The position numbers were made by a program, and so were the translations under genes. This document shows positions 30,090-42,927 of a DNA stretch of 64,000 bases, in pieces; position 1 is the stretch's first letter, and each line of letters starts with the position of its first letter. The stretch lies in assembly GCF_009914755.1 (NCBI RefSeq), contig NC_060927.1; one strand, 5' to 3'. The notes under the pieces were generated by a model. The model was not told the origin of the DNA. It saw only the letters and a program-made list of their open reading frames with translations, and did no database searches. Source of the stretch: the human T2T-CHM13v2.0 reference genome, Homo sapiens.

Positions 30090-33000
30090 AAGAACATTAC
30101 TTTATATTACACATGGTCTGCTTTATGAGGGCCTACGGGAGAAATTTCTTTCCGGTGTTAGGGCCACAAATACCTTTGTGTCTCTTGAATAGCTAGTTGA
30201 CTTTTAGCTGATGGACAGTGATTGTGTAGTTAATCATTGTTTCCTAGAAAGCAAAGCGCCATGATATGTCTGCTAACCTGACCCTATCTTTTTCTAAATT
30301 AGTTTTCTCTTTACCTCACTTTCACACTCAATTCCTTGTTATATGTCCTGTATTTTTAAAGCAGCCTTAATAGGTTATGAATCAGTTTTACATATTCTAC
30401 TTAACCCTCATAAATACAGTGTAAAGAGAGAAAATGTTATCCTCATTTTCAGATGAGGAAGTGGAGGTGTAGAGGTATTTCTAGTACTAATAAGTACTGG
30501 AATCAACTCTGATATTCAAATTGAGATAATTTATAAATGAGATGAAGTGAAGTGCCTGAAGGACTAAATTTTATTTAGAGTAAAACGGCTTATTTTTATA
30601 AAATGGACTATTTCTACCTAGAATGATACCTGACACAATATAGCTATCCAATACCTGATGGTTGAACTGATGAAGTAATTCTGCCTCCTGGTTTGCAGGG
30701 TGACTTGTGATCATTATCTTGAATACTAGAATACTGTCACAGTGACATAAAGTTGAAGTGGGCCTAACAGTTGTAAGATGAAAGATTATATAGGGAAAAA
30801 AATTGATTATGTTTTTCCAGAATATTTTGTTATTCCCTAAAATATTCTGGAGATAAGCTTTTCTTTTTTATATGATTTGGAAAGGAAATATTCTCTAACA
30901 TTTATTTCACCTATTGACTGTCTGAGAATGCAATAATTTCTGTATTGAACCACAGCATATAACATAGAAGATAAAATCTGGTCTAGATTTTCACCAAATT
31001 AGGATCCATTTATTATTTCTTTATTTTTGTCAACTTCTTTCCTATAATTTTTCCTGATTCCTTAGCATGCTTTCTCTGTATTGTGTCAGAAACAAATACA
31101 ATATTTGTTGTTGGAGATCTCAGAAATAACAGGAACAGCAGTCATAGTATATACTCCTCACCTCCAAGAGGAAGAGAATCCTTCCTCAGTTCAGCTCTTC
31201 CTGGTGCTTTTCATACCTCTTTTCTTTCTTCCTCCTCCTGCTCTTACATACACACTCTTAGGTCAAGGCCATGGACATTTTCCCTGGACCATAGTACAAA
31301 GAGCGTATGGATGGCTTCCCTTTCTCTCAATTCTGTTTTCTAACACCGAAGACTAGATTGTACTAGATCCTGCCTCTGCTTGGGAGAAGTTCCAGCATGT
31401 GTGTTCTTATTGTCTTTCTTTCCCTCCTTGTCTCTTTCCCTAATTCTACTCTTTGGGTTCTATTCTAATAGGAGAAAAAGCGGGAGGGCAGCATTCCTAG
31501 AGATGTAAGAAAGGTCGGGGCTGTGAAACTAGGCATTGGGTCAAACGCTCCCTCTTTTGTTCTAGGTCTGTGTTGTGCTTGTTTGCTTCTCACCATACTG
31601 GCTTTTCTTTTTCATCAGAATGTTAAGATTCTTCTATATATGGGCCTGAACTTAGAAGGAAAGATTGAATAAGCCGTTTGATCAACTTTAATTGTTTGCA
31701 TCTAGGCCATCTTTCACTTCCCTTCTATTTCAAACATGCAATGACTAAAGATTTATTAGATACAAGAATTCTATGTTTAATTAAATAGTTCAGTCTAACC
31801 ACTTAAATGGTAGAGTTTTAAAAATTTTTTTCTTAGAGTTGCCATAGATAATAAGGTTAAAAATGGTCAGTTCCCTATGCTAAATTGTAGCGGAGGATTG
31901 TCAGATGTAAGTAGCTTCATCCCAGCATAGTATTTTTTCTCCTTAAACTGGATCCTCTCTTTATACTATCCTTTTTGACATTTGGTCCTATTTATGTCTA
32001 AGGTCTTCTCTTCTGCATTTCCAAATTAGCAAAATATCTGTGACATTAACATTGCTTTAAGGAATGCTCAGATTTTGCATAATACAAACACAGTCTTACA
32101 AAATGTCATCTAGTACTCAGCTAGCCAATTTCAGGTAACTTCTTCCACTTCTAGATTCATTACTCACTCAATCCTGTTCCCCAGATTCCTTTTATATTAA
32201 TGTCTTCTGATTGAGTATGTTGTTTTTATAGGCAGTCCTTTTATTTTCACATATTATATTGTTTCTTAGGTGGGTGAAATTATAAACATAATACATGCTC
32301 TGAAATTAATTTTAACTTAGTGGCACAACCATTATTACACTATAATCACTGTTACCTCATAGTTTCATAACTCAGATAATTCAGTACCCATCAGTAATAT
32401 TAATTAAGCTAGTGGATATATGTATTCCTATTTATATTTAATAACACTTTTATAATGTAAAATCATTTTTACTATGTCACAGTAATCACATTTGTTTTTC
32501 TCTGTAGGGCATACTACTCAGTGTATTATGGACATCTTTCTTGGTTAAAATTTGGCATTAGAGTCTTTTGTAAATTACTTAATATCAGAAATGACAGGAA
32601 TTCTGTTTTTGAAGACTTATACTTTATTTTCATAATTTGGTCTCTGTTCCACAATTTCATTTCAATTTGGTTTTGTGTATTTTTTTTTCAGTATTAGACA
32701 AAAGACACAATGTCTTAAGGCTTTTTGTGAATACTTCTGATTTGTCATTTTACCTATGCAAAATATAGGCTATATGTTAGCATATATATGGGTAGCCCTA
32801 ATGTCAGTTTTACTTTGAAAATAGATCCAGAGTTTATGTAAACCATAATTATAATTTTGAACGTTGTTTAAAAATAGGGTTATGTGATTATATGTGAATT
32901 ATATAGCAATAAAGCAGTTATTTTAAAAAAAAGCAAAATGGGTGCTCTATATGGATGATACCGACGACTTTGAGTTTATATCACTGTAAGGAATATCCAC

Positions 33001-33199
33001 AGTTGTTAAGAAGCCATCGTTCCAATGGCTTGTGTTATGTATGCATCTGAACCAAAAATGTTTCTGTTAAATCCAAAGTGAACTTGAAGTAGTCTTTTAA
33101 TTTGTTCACTCATGTTGTTCAACATCAGGACTATTGTTTGAGAAACAAAAAGATCTTAATTATCAAGACTTGTTGAGGAACTGGATGTTTAAAATTTTA

Positions 33200-33279
33200 T
33201 TAGGGTGGTGCAAAAGTAATTGCAAATTTCATCATTAAAAGTAATGGCAAAAACTGCAATTACTTTTGTACCAACCTAA
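33200..33279. mobile_element. MADE1 (Hsmar1-derived 80-bp MITE)
   Basis: TTAGGGTGGTGCAAAAGTAATTGC...GCAATTACTTTTGTACCAACCTAA palindrome, flanked by TA on both sides. Confidence 0.95.
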
Positions 33280-33304
33280 TATCAAAGCTGGGGGAAAAAA
33301 GGCG

Positions 33305-33422
33305 TTTTTAATTTTATAATAGCTATATTGAGATATAATTCACATACCATAAAATTCACCCTTTTAAAGTATACAATTCAGTAGTTTTTAGTGTATTCAC
33401 AGCTGTGTAAGTATCACCACAT
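33305..33422 (-). mobile_element. L1MB-type 3' end fragment
   Basis: TTGAGATATAATTCACATACCATAAAATTCACCCTTTTAAAGTATACAATTCAGT. Confidence 0.8.
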
Positions 33423-34026
33423 GCCTTTTTAAAGGAAATCTTTACGAACTGTGGTACTTGTATCAAAAAATAGAGCATTTTGAACATAATTTGTTAAAAT
33501 TCATTTGAATTTTGCTTTTGCTTTTATAAATAAGGAAACCAGCCCACATCAACTTTGGATATATTAAATACCACTTGTATTTGGTGGGAATTTACTTGTT
33601 TGGTTCTGGTTATATATTTAGTATGGATTGGCAAGGGTTAGGATTGATGCCCTTGTTCCCCTTCACATACTTCTAAATTTGTAATTTCTTATAACCAAAG
33701 CAGCTCTTCACATTTAAAAAATTATGAAATCGATAATGTACAAAGTAAATTTAACAGTTGTCCTCTTTTTGAAGTTATAAATGATAAACTTCAAAAATAC
33801 CTTTAATGTGAGTACTGTTATAAAGTGAAGTTTGTAGAAATATCTCTTTGGTCCTCTATTATTCATGATCGATTTTCTGTTACACTGGCCATAGGGAGGC
33901 TAAGCTTGAAATGGTAAACATCAATTTTGAAGTCAGCCCTTCTAGGAAACAAAGATAGCACCCTGGAGAATAGTGCCTAAATATAGAAAAAAATATGAGA
34001 GCTACAAATTTTTGTATGTACTTGTC

Positions 34027-34318
34027 TTTTTTTTAATTTTATTTTGAGATAGAGTTTCACTCAGTTGCCCAGGCTGGAGTCGATCTCGGCTCACTGCAAC
34101 CTCTGTCTCCTGGGTTCAAGCAATTCTCCTGCCTCAGCCTCCTGAGTAGCCAGGATTACAGGCGCGTGCCACCATACGCAGCTAATTTTTGTATTTTTAG
34201 TAGAGACGGGGTTTCCCCAGGTTGGCCAGGCTGGTGTCAAACTCCTGACCTCAAGTGATCTGCCTGCCTTGGCCTCCCGAAGAGCTGGGATTACAGGCAT
34301 GAGCCACTGCACCCAGCC
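34027..34318 (-). mobile_element. Alu (AluSx/Sz-like) with small internal deletion
   Basis: Dimer; GGCTGGAGT^CGATCTC lacks ~9 nt; TSD TGTATGTACTT. Confidence 0.94.
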
Positions 34319-36286
34319 TAGCCTGTATGTACTTTTCTATCTCCCCTCTTTCCTGATGCACTAATAAGTATTCTCCCAGAATGATGAGAATTTGTCGTTG
34401 AATATAAAAAAAATTTTATTTTAAGGTAGAGATGCAAATAGGAGTTGCTGAGCCTTATTTTTCTTGCTTCTTTATATTATAGCTTCTGATTGGTTAAGAA
34501 AGAAACGTGTGGTTTTGCGTTTATCTTAGCAGCATCACATGCTGTTTGTAAACAGGAGTGCCTTCTTAGTTAACTTTTGTAGCCTTTACTGAATTTTTAG
34601 CTCTCTTTAATTCTCTCCCCAAGGCTTTTTGTACTAAACTAAAATATATAATTATCTTTTTTAGCATGTTCCTTTTAACAACACATTACAGAGTACAAGG
34701 GCTTCCAAATCTGACATTTTCTTTGAATCATTGGTTATCTTGTTACTTTTTCTTTCTTACAGTAAAACTCCATTAATCTCTGTTTGTTTTGCTTGGCTAG
34801 TAATCGGTCATCACAAAAATATGATGAATTATTGATTCAAATGAAACTGACATGAAAATATTTTGATAAATATGAAATGGAGGGGAAAAATGATGTAAAA
34901 TTACATTTGTGCATTTGAGAAAAAAATAAATGGCTGTGGATTTTCCCTAGAATGTTGCAAATGCTGTTAATTGCAGGGTGGTGTGGAGTTCTGGTGCAGT
35001 TGTAGCCAGTCTGTTTTCCATCTGTCCCCTTCCAGGACTTCAGATGAGTCAAAACCCCATCCTAGTCCTTTCAGGAGCTTCCTTGATGTTTTTGTGGAAC
35101 TTGTCATGAAAGACCATACCTGTGAATAAATAAACCATTTACCACTTTCTACAATTGACATGATATACATATAAAGAAATTACACATTTAGGAAAAAGTA
35201 AATAATCTCAACAGGTAAATAAAATTCACACAGTTTTTGTATTTTTTAAAAAACAGAATGAACAAAGAAGTGAATGATACAAGGCAATACAATTTATAAA
35301 TGAAAACATGGAAAATATTCAATTTTGCTGGTCATAAAAGAATTATTAAATTGTCAGGGGAGAAAAACCAAGTTTGCAATTGTCTGGTGAAACTGGTAGG
35401 ATTATACATTGTGGGTGGCAGTGTCAATTGATGCTGTGATGCTTTTTGAAGATAATTTCATAGCACATTTCAAGTGCCACAGATTTTTTCATATCTTTTC
35501 ACTTAAGATAAATTTCTAAAAGTTGACTGATTTAGGAATTAAGCCCTTCAAATGGGAAAGGCTTTATATGTAGATGTTCATTGTAGTATCACTTGAAATA
35601 CTGGAAATAAGTAATATATCCAACAGTACAGGAATACTTAAGTATATTCTGATTTTTCAGCATATTGAAGTATTGTGTTAGACAAAATGGTAATTTTGAA
35701 GAATAAATAGCAACTTAGAATAATGCTTATCATATAATGTATGAAAACAGAATTCCGAATTCTGTCTGTGGTCAATATAACTCAAATTATTTATGGGTTG
35801 TTTCCAGAAATATGAAATAAACATTGTCGAGGTTGTTGACATTTAAAGTAATTTAAAACAATTTTTGTTTCTGCAATAAAATTGTTTCTAGGTTTATATT
35901 TTAAGGATTAAACATTTTTTTTCTTCTTCTTCCATGAATAATCACTAGCCAAACATTTTGGGATGCAAAGGGTTATAGCTAGACAAAGAAGCATATTGAC
36001 TGCAGGTCAGCTAGGAATATTTAAATACCAAGAAGGAGGGAAGGATAAATCATGAGTAGTCCTTTTGTTTTTTTCCTACTTCATGATGTCCACCCAATTA
36101 TCTGTTCCCATGTCAGTGTTGTCTTTAAGAAGCAATATGCCACAATAGACTGAGCACAGGATTTAGGCCGGAAGGCTGGGTTCAAAATCTGACTCTTTTG
36201 TTTGTTAGATATGTCACTATTAGCAAACAATTTATCTTACCTTTTCTGATTTGTTAAAGAAGTGTTGGGAGGATTAATTGAGATTT

Positions 36287-36310
36287 TATATATATGTATA
36301 TATACACACG

Positions 36311-36341
<31 letters not shown>
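36287..36341. repeat. (TA)n-(CA)n microsatellite within a MIR remnant (~36140-36380)
   Basis: Directly visible; MIR-like flanks. Confidence 0.85.
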
Positions 36342-36342
<1 letters not shown>

Positions 36343-36500
36343 AAGTTTTTGCAGTATAAAACTCTGTGAATATTATTGCCATTTTAAATAAACTCATGAG
36401 TAAGTTGAAGTAGGGAAAAGATGAGATATATTTGGGAGACTAAATTTAATGGATATTTGGCATGTTCCTAAAAGTTTTTCTCCCCCCCTTTCTGTTACAG

Positions 36501-36723
36501 GGATCTTTTATTTAGTCAGATGTATGATAAATTAAGTGAGAATTCAGTGGCCAAAGGAGTATTTTTGGAGTGCCTTGAGCCATATATTTTAAGTGATAAA
36601 TTGGTGGGAATCACACCCCAAGTAATGAAAGACTTGATTGTTCATTTCCAAGATAAAAAATTAATGGAAAATGTGGAAGCGCTCATTGTACATATGGATA
36701 TCACCAGCCTAGATATTCAGCAG
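36501..36723 (+). CDS. VPS8: VPS8 coding exon (223 nt, 2-0): (K)DLLFSQMYDKL...MDITSLDIQQ
   Basis: ttacag|G acceptor, CAG|gtgagt donor; ORF 36520..36735; Vps8-family motif FLECLEPYIL. Confidence 0.97.
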
Positions 36724-37376
36724 GTGAGTTTATAGACAGTCTACTAACTTATGAAATAAACTTCATTCCTTTATTGATAACACTTACTTCACTGATCAGG
36801 CCTGACCCTGCCTTCTAAGAACCGTAATTATTTATTGAGCACTTTTTGTAAGATGTATTATAAACTTGTATTTGTCAATATATTTCCTAGGACTGTATTT
36901 AAGTGAAAGCTAGAATATAATTGCCTTGCAAGTCAGGGATTATGTTGTCTTCTGTTTCTTTCACATCCCCAGTAGCACTTGGTATAGAGTTTACATTTAG
37001 AAGTTGCTCTATAAATGCTTGTTAACTGATCCCTCTTTATCAGCTTGTTCGTTCACTAATATAATTTTCATCGAGCAAGTGACTTTCAACTATGGCTGCT
37101 TTCTCATGAATTGTAGAATATTTTTACCTTGAAAAATATGATGCCATTTTAAAAAAGAGCTGGTATGTATGTCCAGAGTTTTGAAATACAGAGCATGGTA
37201 TATAACAGGCAAGTTATAGAACTTTTTAGCATGAATAGCCAGCCATTGTTTGATAAATACTTCCGCTGTATCTGAGGTTCTCACAATAAGTTATCTTAAT
37301 TGAGTTTCTTGAAATAAGTTTCTTAATTGAGGTGCAGTATTTATTCTGGCCTAAGACATTTCACAATTTATTTTTT

Positions 37377-37592
37377 CCTCCTCCTGCTCCTCCTCCTCCC
37401 CCCCTCCTCCTCCCCCCCTCCTCCTCCCCCCTCCTCCTCCCCCCCTCCTCCTCCCCCCCTCCTCCTCCCCCCTCCTCCTCCCCCCCTCCTCCTCCCCCCC
37501 TCCTCCTCCCCCCCTCCTCCTCCCCCCTCCTCCTCCCCCCTCCTCCTCCCCCCTCCTCCTCCCCCCCTCCTCCCCCCTCCTCCTCCCCCCCC
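37377..37592. repeat. C-rich minisatellite, ~15 units of TCCTCCT-C(6-8)
   Basis: Directly visible, almost pure pyrimidine tract. Confidence 0.95.
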
Positions 37593-37600
37593 TCACTCTC

Positions 37601-37888
37601 TTTTTTTTTTTAAAGACAGAGTTTCGCTCTGTCCCCCAGGCTGGAGTACAGTGGCGTGATCTTGGTTCACTGCAACCTCCTGGGTTGAAGCGATTCTTGT
37701 GCCTCAGCCTTCAGAGTAGCTGGGATTAAAGGCATACGCTACTGTGCCCAGCTAATTTTTGTATTTTTAGTAGAGACGGGGCTTCACCATGTTGGGCAGG
37801 CTGGTCTCGAACTTTTGACTTCAAGTGATTCGCCTGCCGTGGCCTTCCAAAGTGCTGAGATTATAGGTGTGAGCCACTGAGCCTGGCC
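37601..37888 (-). mobile_element. Alu (AluS-like) whose tail includes the C-rich minisatellite
   Basis: Dimer; TSD CACAATTT(G)ATTTTTT at 37362 and 37889 brackets both Alu and minisatellite. Confidence 0.92.
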
Positions 37889-38329
37889 CACAATTTGATT
37901 TTTTAATTCCACATTAGTCCTAATAATGAGCATGTTACTCCTGCAAAGGTGCCAAGCCCTCTTGAGCTTGAATATGGAAGACTAACAAAAGTCTTAGACC
38001 AAAAGTTTTTTGAAAGTGTGCAAAATCACATAGAAATTAAGGGTTTGGAAAAATGATTATTTTATTTCTGGAAGCTCTTTATGAATGGCTGTGAGTTTGC
38101 AAAGTAAAGCCAGATCCTGTTTTATACCTGCCTTTGTATTATATGGCTAATTTGGCATAGTCTTCATAGTCTTACAATAGGTCTGATGACTTGAGAGCAT
38201 GTTGTCCATCTAGTTTTGCCTACCTATCACATACAGGAAAAAAATTTAATTTCTTCTATTTATAATACTTTATAACATTTTCAGTCTTTCCCCACTACCA
38301 TGTAAATATACTCTAGTCTTTTTAATGTT

Positions 38330-40235
38330 AAACAACAATTTCAAAATGCTCCCCTCAGTTTCTTATGTCTCCATATCAAGACTTCTCCCCTTTTTCCTCC
38401 TAGGTTACTGCCCTATCTCACTCCTCCCAGTCACAGCTAGATTTCTTGAAAGCGTTGTCTAGGTTGCTATTTTCATTTTTTTCCCCCACTTCCTAACTCT
38501 TCAATCTTACTTTTACTAGAGTCAACAATGGCCTCTTTGTCCACTACACCAAATGGTATTTTTCAATCCTTATTTTATTTACTCTTTTAACAGCATTTGT
38601 TCGTTAATTCAAGAAGTGTTTACTGAATGTCAGGCTCTGAGGATGCTTCAGTATCCCTAGTGAACAAGGCTTGTCCTCTCATAAAGCCTAAATTTTAGCA
38701 GAAAAGTTTGACAATGAACAGATTAATGTACAAAAATCCAGAAAGTATTTCAATACAAGTATTATGTTAAAAATCAAACTGGGAAATATAGTAAAGAGAT
38801 AATGTGAGGCTACCTTAGATTGGCTAATTATAGATAGTCTTTTTGAGGAGGCAGCATTGAGTCTTGGGAGCTGAATGACAAGAAGGAATCAGTAATGCAA
38901 AGATCTTGGAAGAGAAGATTGTTATAGGTAAAAGCAACAGCTAGCATTTAAAAAAAAAGGATTTTTGTCTCGGGTGTTCAAAAGGAAGCGGATCTGGAGC
39001 TTGGTACAGAGGTAGATCTTGCAGGGCAAGGTATAGATCTTTCCATTTTATTCTAAATGCTATGAAAAATCATTAGAAAGTTTTAAGCAAGAGCACCCTG
39101 TGCTTTAGGGGTAACAGAATCAGGGATGAGGGCCAAGTGCAGAGGAAGCAAAGAGGCTAGTTAGGAAGCTGGCCCAGGAGGTGATTCTGGCCAGAGATGG
39201 TAACAGTGAGATGAAGAGAGATGGCCTGATTTTGGATGTTTTAGAGATAGAATTGATTTGCTGGTGAATTGGGATATGAGGGTGTGAGAGTGTGGGAATG
39301 AGAGAATTTAAGGATGATGACTAGTTTTTGGTTTGAGAAACAGGGTGAATAGTGAGTGATTCCTTTGAGAAGATTGCAAGACTAAGGCAGGTCTAAGTTT
39401 GAGAGACAAATCAGGAGTTCTGGTTGGCCATTTTATTTTGAGATCACTACTGGACATTCAGGCGAAGATGTCGAATTAAGTAGTTGGATATATGTATGGG
39501 TTAGAGGGGAGGTTAGGGCTGAAGCTGTAAATGTGTTAGTCATCAGTGAAGAGATGCATGATCATGGTACTGGCTGAGAGGGGTAGAGAGGGAGTCGTAG
39601 GAGTCCCAGAACAGGCTTTTTCTAGAAAGACTCTCCCAGCACATCTCACTTCCATTTTCCCTCTTACCTCTCACTCCCTCTTGTCATTCTCCTTTGCCGA
39701 CTTCTGCCCTTCTCCTCTTGCCACTGTTTATAGTATTATATAGCTGTCATAGGGACAGAATATAGAGTACTGTATACTCAAACTCATATCTAGTCCTCTT
39801 CCTAAATATTTTCTCTGATTTCTCTCTGTCCTTAAGCACTTCAAGCTCACTTCCACATTAGGTCCTTCATCCTCACTCTTGCTTCTTCCTACAGAATTCC
39901 TAGCTGGCACTTCTGCTTGTGGCTCACATATATCCATTCTTTAGGTCCCACCTTAAATGTTGTTCCTTTAGGGGTGACTTTTTGAATACTCCAGACCAGT
40001 TAGGTTAATAGCACTTACCACATTTGTAAATAATGAATTATTTGTGTAATTGAGTATCTTCCCCAAGTCTTAACTCACACGCCATTTTGTACCCCTACGT
40101 CCTTTTGCTGGGTGTCCAAGATCAATGTAAGTTCTATAAGGGTAGGGACAAAGTCTGGATTTATCTTATCTAACACTTTATTCCCAGTGCCTATGAGAGG
40201 GTCTGAATATGTGTTCAATAAATATTTGTAGAACT
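38330..40235. mobile_element. L2 cluster: sense L2 pieces interrupted by an antisense L2 (~38590-39570)
   Basis: Antisense L2 motifs (GGATGTTTTAGAGATAGAA, GAGTTCTGGTTGGCCAT); sense 3' end TTCAATAAATATTTGTAGAA. Confidence 0.65.
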
Positions 40236-40519
40236 ATTGATCAAAGGTAAAATGAATATAGAAAGGGGAAGGATAGAGAAGAAACAAAATTAGACACTGT
40301 GAATGTCTTAAAGTAAGCGTTGTACTATTAAAAGTAGTAATTTCACCTACAGCAGCTCTTACCCTTGCATTGTGTTTGAGTACTTGAATTTCAGTTTTTA
40401 TCAGAGAAGAAACAAGAAAAATTAGGGAAGAGCATTCAAGACCTTTCCCATTCTTAAAGCATTAAGGAAAATAATTGGTGACTGAATTGTATGGACCAAG
40501 TGGCTTTTCCTTTTCACAG

Positions 40520-40609
40520 GTAGTTCTCATGTGTTGGGAAAATCGTTTATATGATGCTATGATCTATGTCTACAACAGAGGCATGAATGAATTTATTAGT
40601 CCAATGGAG
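40520..40609 (+). CDS. VPS8: VPS8 coding exon (90 nt, 0-0): VVLMCWENRLYDAMIYVYNRGMNEFISPME
   Basis: tcacag|GTA acceptor, GAG|gtaaga donor. Confidence 0.96.
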
Positions 40610-42092
40610 GTAAGATACTTCCTAACTTGGATACGTAATTAATTTTGTCTACTAACTTTTTTCTCCTATTCTCCATTTGCTTTTAATAGTTTCTAGTTTT
40701 ATCCAATTATTTAAAAATTCTTATATATTTATTGACCTTGAACCCATTTTAGCTTGGGGCTTTTAGATAGTCTTCAATTTTATACCTTCTGCCATTGCTT
40801 GCTTTCTTATCTAAATAAGTAGGTATTTAAATACCAGGGAACAATAGATAAAATTTAAATTAATGCTTGCTTGTTAGGCTTTACATGTTTTTCTCCTAAG
40901 AATTTTTGATACTGCAGTAACTTTTTCTAAAGATACGAAAAATTTATTTTGTATAATTATTTTATATAATCAATGTACTATTGAGTAATGCTATTTGTAG
41001 ATATATTCTGCTGGGGAAGGCTCCTGAAAATGGTAGGAGGCCATTATTTGTTAATTGATCATTTTTCACTTTTACTGACTCAGAATTTTATAGCATTCAT
41101 TCTAATTTTTTATTCTGCTTACCAAGAGAATCTAAAAAACATTTGGACTTACTTTTAGAAGAACCAAACCCCATATCTGTTTTCTTATTTGTTTTCAGTT
41201 TGATGGCAGAATAGTGGAGAATGAGTTGTAGACACATGTAGTGCCCTCCTAGCCCAATGCTTTATTATAGTGTCCCTCAAAAAAAGCAGGCCTCTGCCGA
41301 AGGCATCCAGTCAACCATTTAGCTAATTTATTGCTATCCAAAACTATCTTCAGTATTAAGAAGTCAGCATTCTATGATAGGTAGGCTTCTTTAAGCACAT
41401 TCAGTTTGGTAGGGCGAGTACCCCTCTAATTCATAACCCTTCAGTTTTGGTTGCACCTCTCTTCTTTCGGTTAGTTTCTAAAGTTAGTCCCCCACCCTTC
41501 TACCTCTGGTTTTGGGGGTTTGGCCCTGATTGTCTGTTATCTCAAGGATTTTTTTTTGTCTTGAACACCTCTCGGCTGCTCCTTCATTAAGGTTCAGTAG
41601 TTCCCTGAAAAAGACTCATCAGCTGCCTTCTCAGTGAGGTCCAGTGCCTCCCTGCATGCCACAACTAAGCCACAATTCAGAAGAATTAATACAGTTTCTA
41701 GTTTTGCTCAAAATAATCCCTCAAAACAGATTCTATTTTGATGCATTCTGCATTGACAAGATGATTACTGTATTTCTGTTAACGTTGCTTTTGAAATGTT
41801 TGTTTTGCATGGGTTTTGTATTCCTCATATTAATAAAATCTGGTTTGCATTTATACTGATACATCTCAAATGGAACACTGAGCTATTGAGGTTACCTTGT
41901 TTTGTGTTCGAAGTGTTTAAAGTTTAGCTATTTTAGTACTTAAAGAGGTCTGAATTAAGAGAAGGTGTCCTGTCTCTTGAAATTGTCTAGATTTTTTAGA
42001 ATGAAAGCGTGTCATCACATTTGAGATGACTACTATAGTCTCTGAAATCTTTCCTTTTTTCTAGTTTTGACTAAGGTAAGAATAGTGCCTTG

Positions 42093-42558
42093 AGTTGGGA
42101 GGAAAAACTTTTTCTTTACCAATTTAGGTCCCAATGGTGGGAGGTACAGGGAAAGGATTGAAGGCTTTGAATTCACTGACAATATACAGATTAACAGGAG
42201 AAAAGATAAGGATTATTCACATACGTGCAGGAACACTCAGTAATAAGCATCTCTGCTGAGTAGCCAGAGGTAGACGTTTATATACCAGCTTCACAAAAAT
42301 GGGGGTAGCACGTAGTTAGGTCTTCAGTGGGAAAGCATGGAAAGTTCTTTTGGGCTTTTTGATGCTAATGGCAGCTGAATTTGCATTTCCTGGTGCTAAG
42401 GATCAGTTTTTTCCCAAATAGGAATCTCCCTCTGAAGGGGGAGCTAAATATTTGGGAGACTCTGCTTAAGTTTAGATGATATTTCTTTCTGTGGCTGCTG
42501 ATTGGATGTTTTCAGTTTAAAATCATCTCTATTACCACTTTAGTGGGAAATCCTTTCA
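42093..42558 (-). mobile_element. ERV1 solo LTR (MER34/MER39/MER92 group; subfamily uncertain)
   Basis: ACAGATTAACAGGAGAAAA and CAGTTTAAAATCATC motifs; ends ...CCTTTCA; probable 4-bp TSD CTTG. Confidence 0.6.
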
Positions 42559-42875
42559 CTTGCTTACTAGTTTTTAAAAGAATAAAGCGTTTAAGAACCA
42601 AAGGATACTTTATATCAAAATTATAATCTCAGATAAGCCCTTTATATAACTGGTATTTATTAAATGATTTTTTTCGGTGAGGAATATGACAACAGTGATT
42701 GTTTCTCAGTGAGCCTTCTAAACATTTCATGTACAGATTAAAGGTTTTCATATTTAATCTTAATGGTAAATGACTAATTCCATTAGCGAATGGTGATGAA
42801 TAGCATAAGATTCTTATTTTTTAAATAATATCATTTGAGATGATGATGATTGTTTTCCTATTAATTTTAATGCAG

Positions 42876-42927
42876 AAACTTTTCAGAGTCATTGCTCCTC
42901 CTCTGAATGCAGGAAAAACACTAACAG
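42876..42927 (+). CDS. VPS8: VPS8 coding exon (52 nt, 0-1): KLFRVIAPPLNAGKTLT(D)
   Basis: atgcag|AAA acceptor, CAG|gtattt donor. Confidence 0.94.

Noticed and set aside
37327-37659. Proline-rich and Gly/Arg/Glu-rich ORFs
   Set aside because: Translation artefacts of the C-rich minisatellite; no exon structure supports coding.
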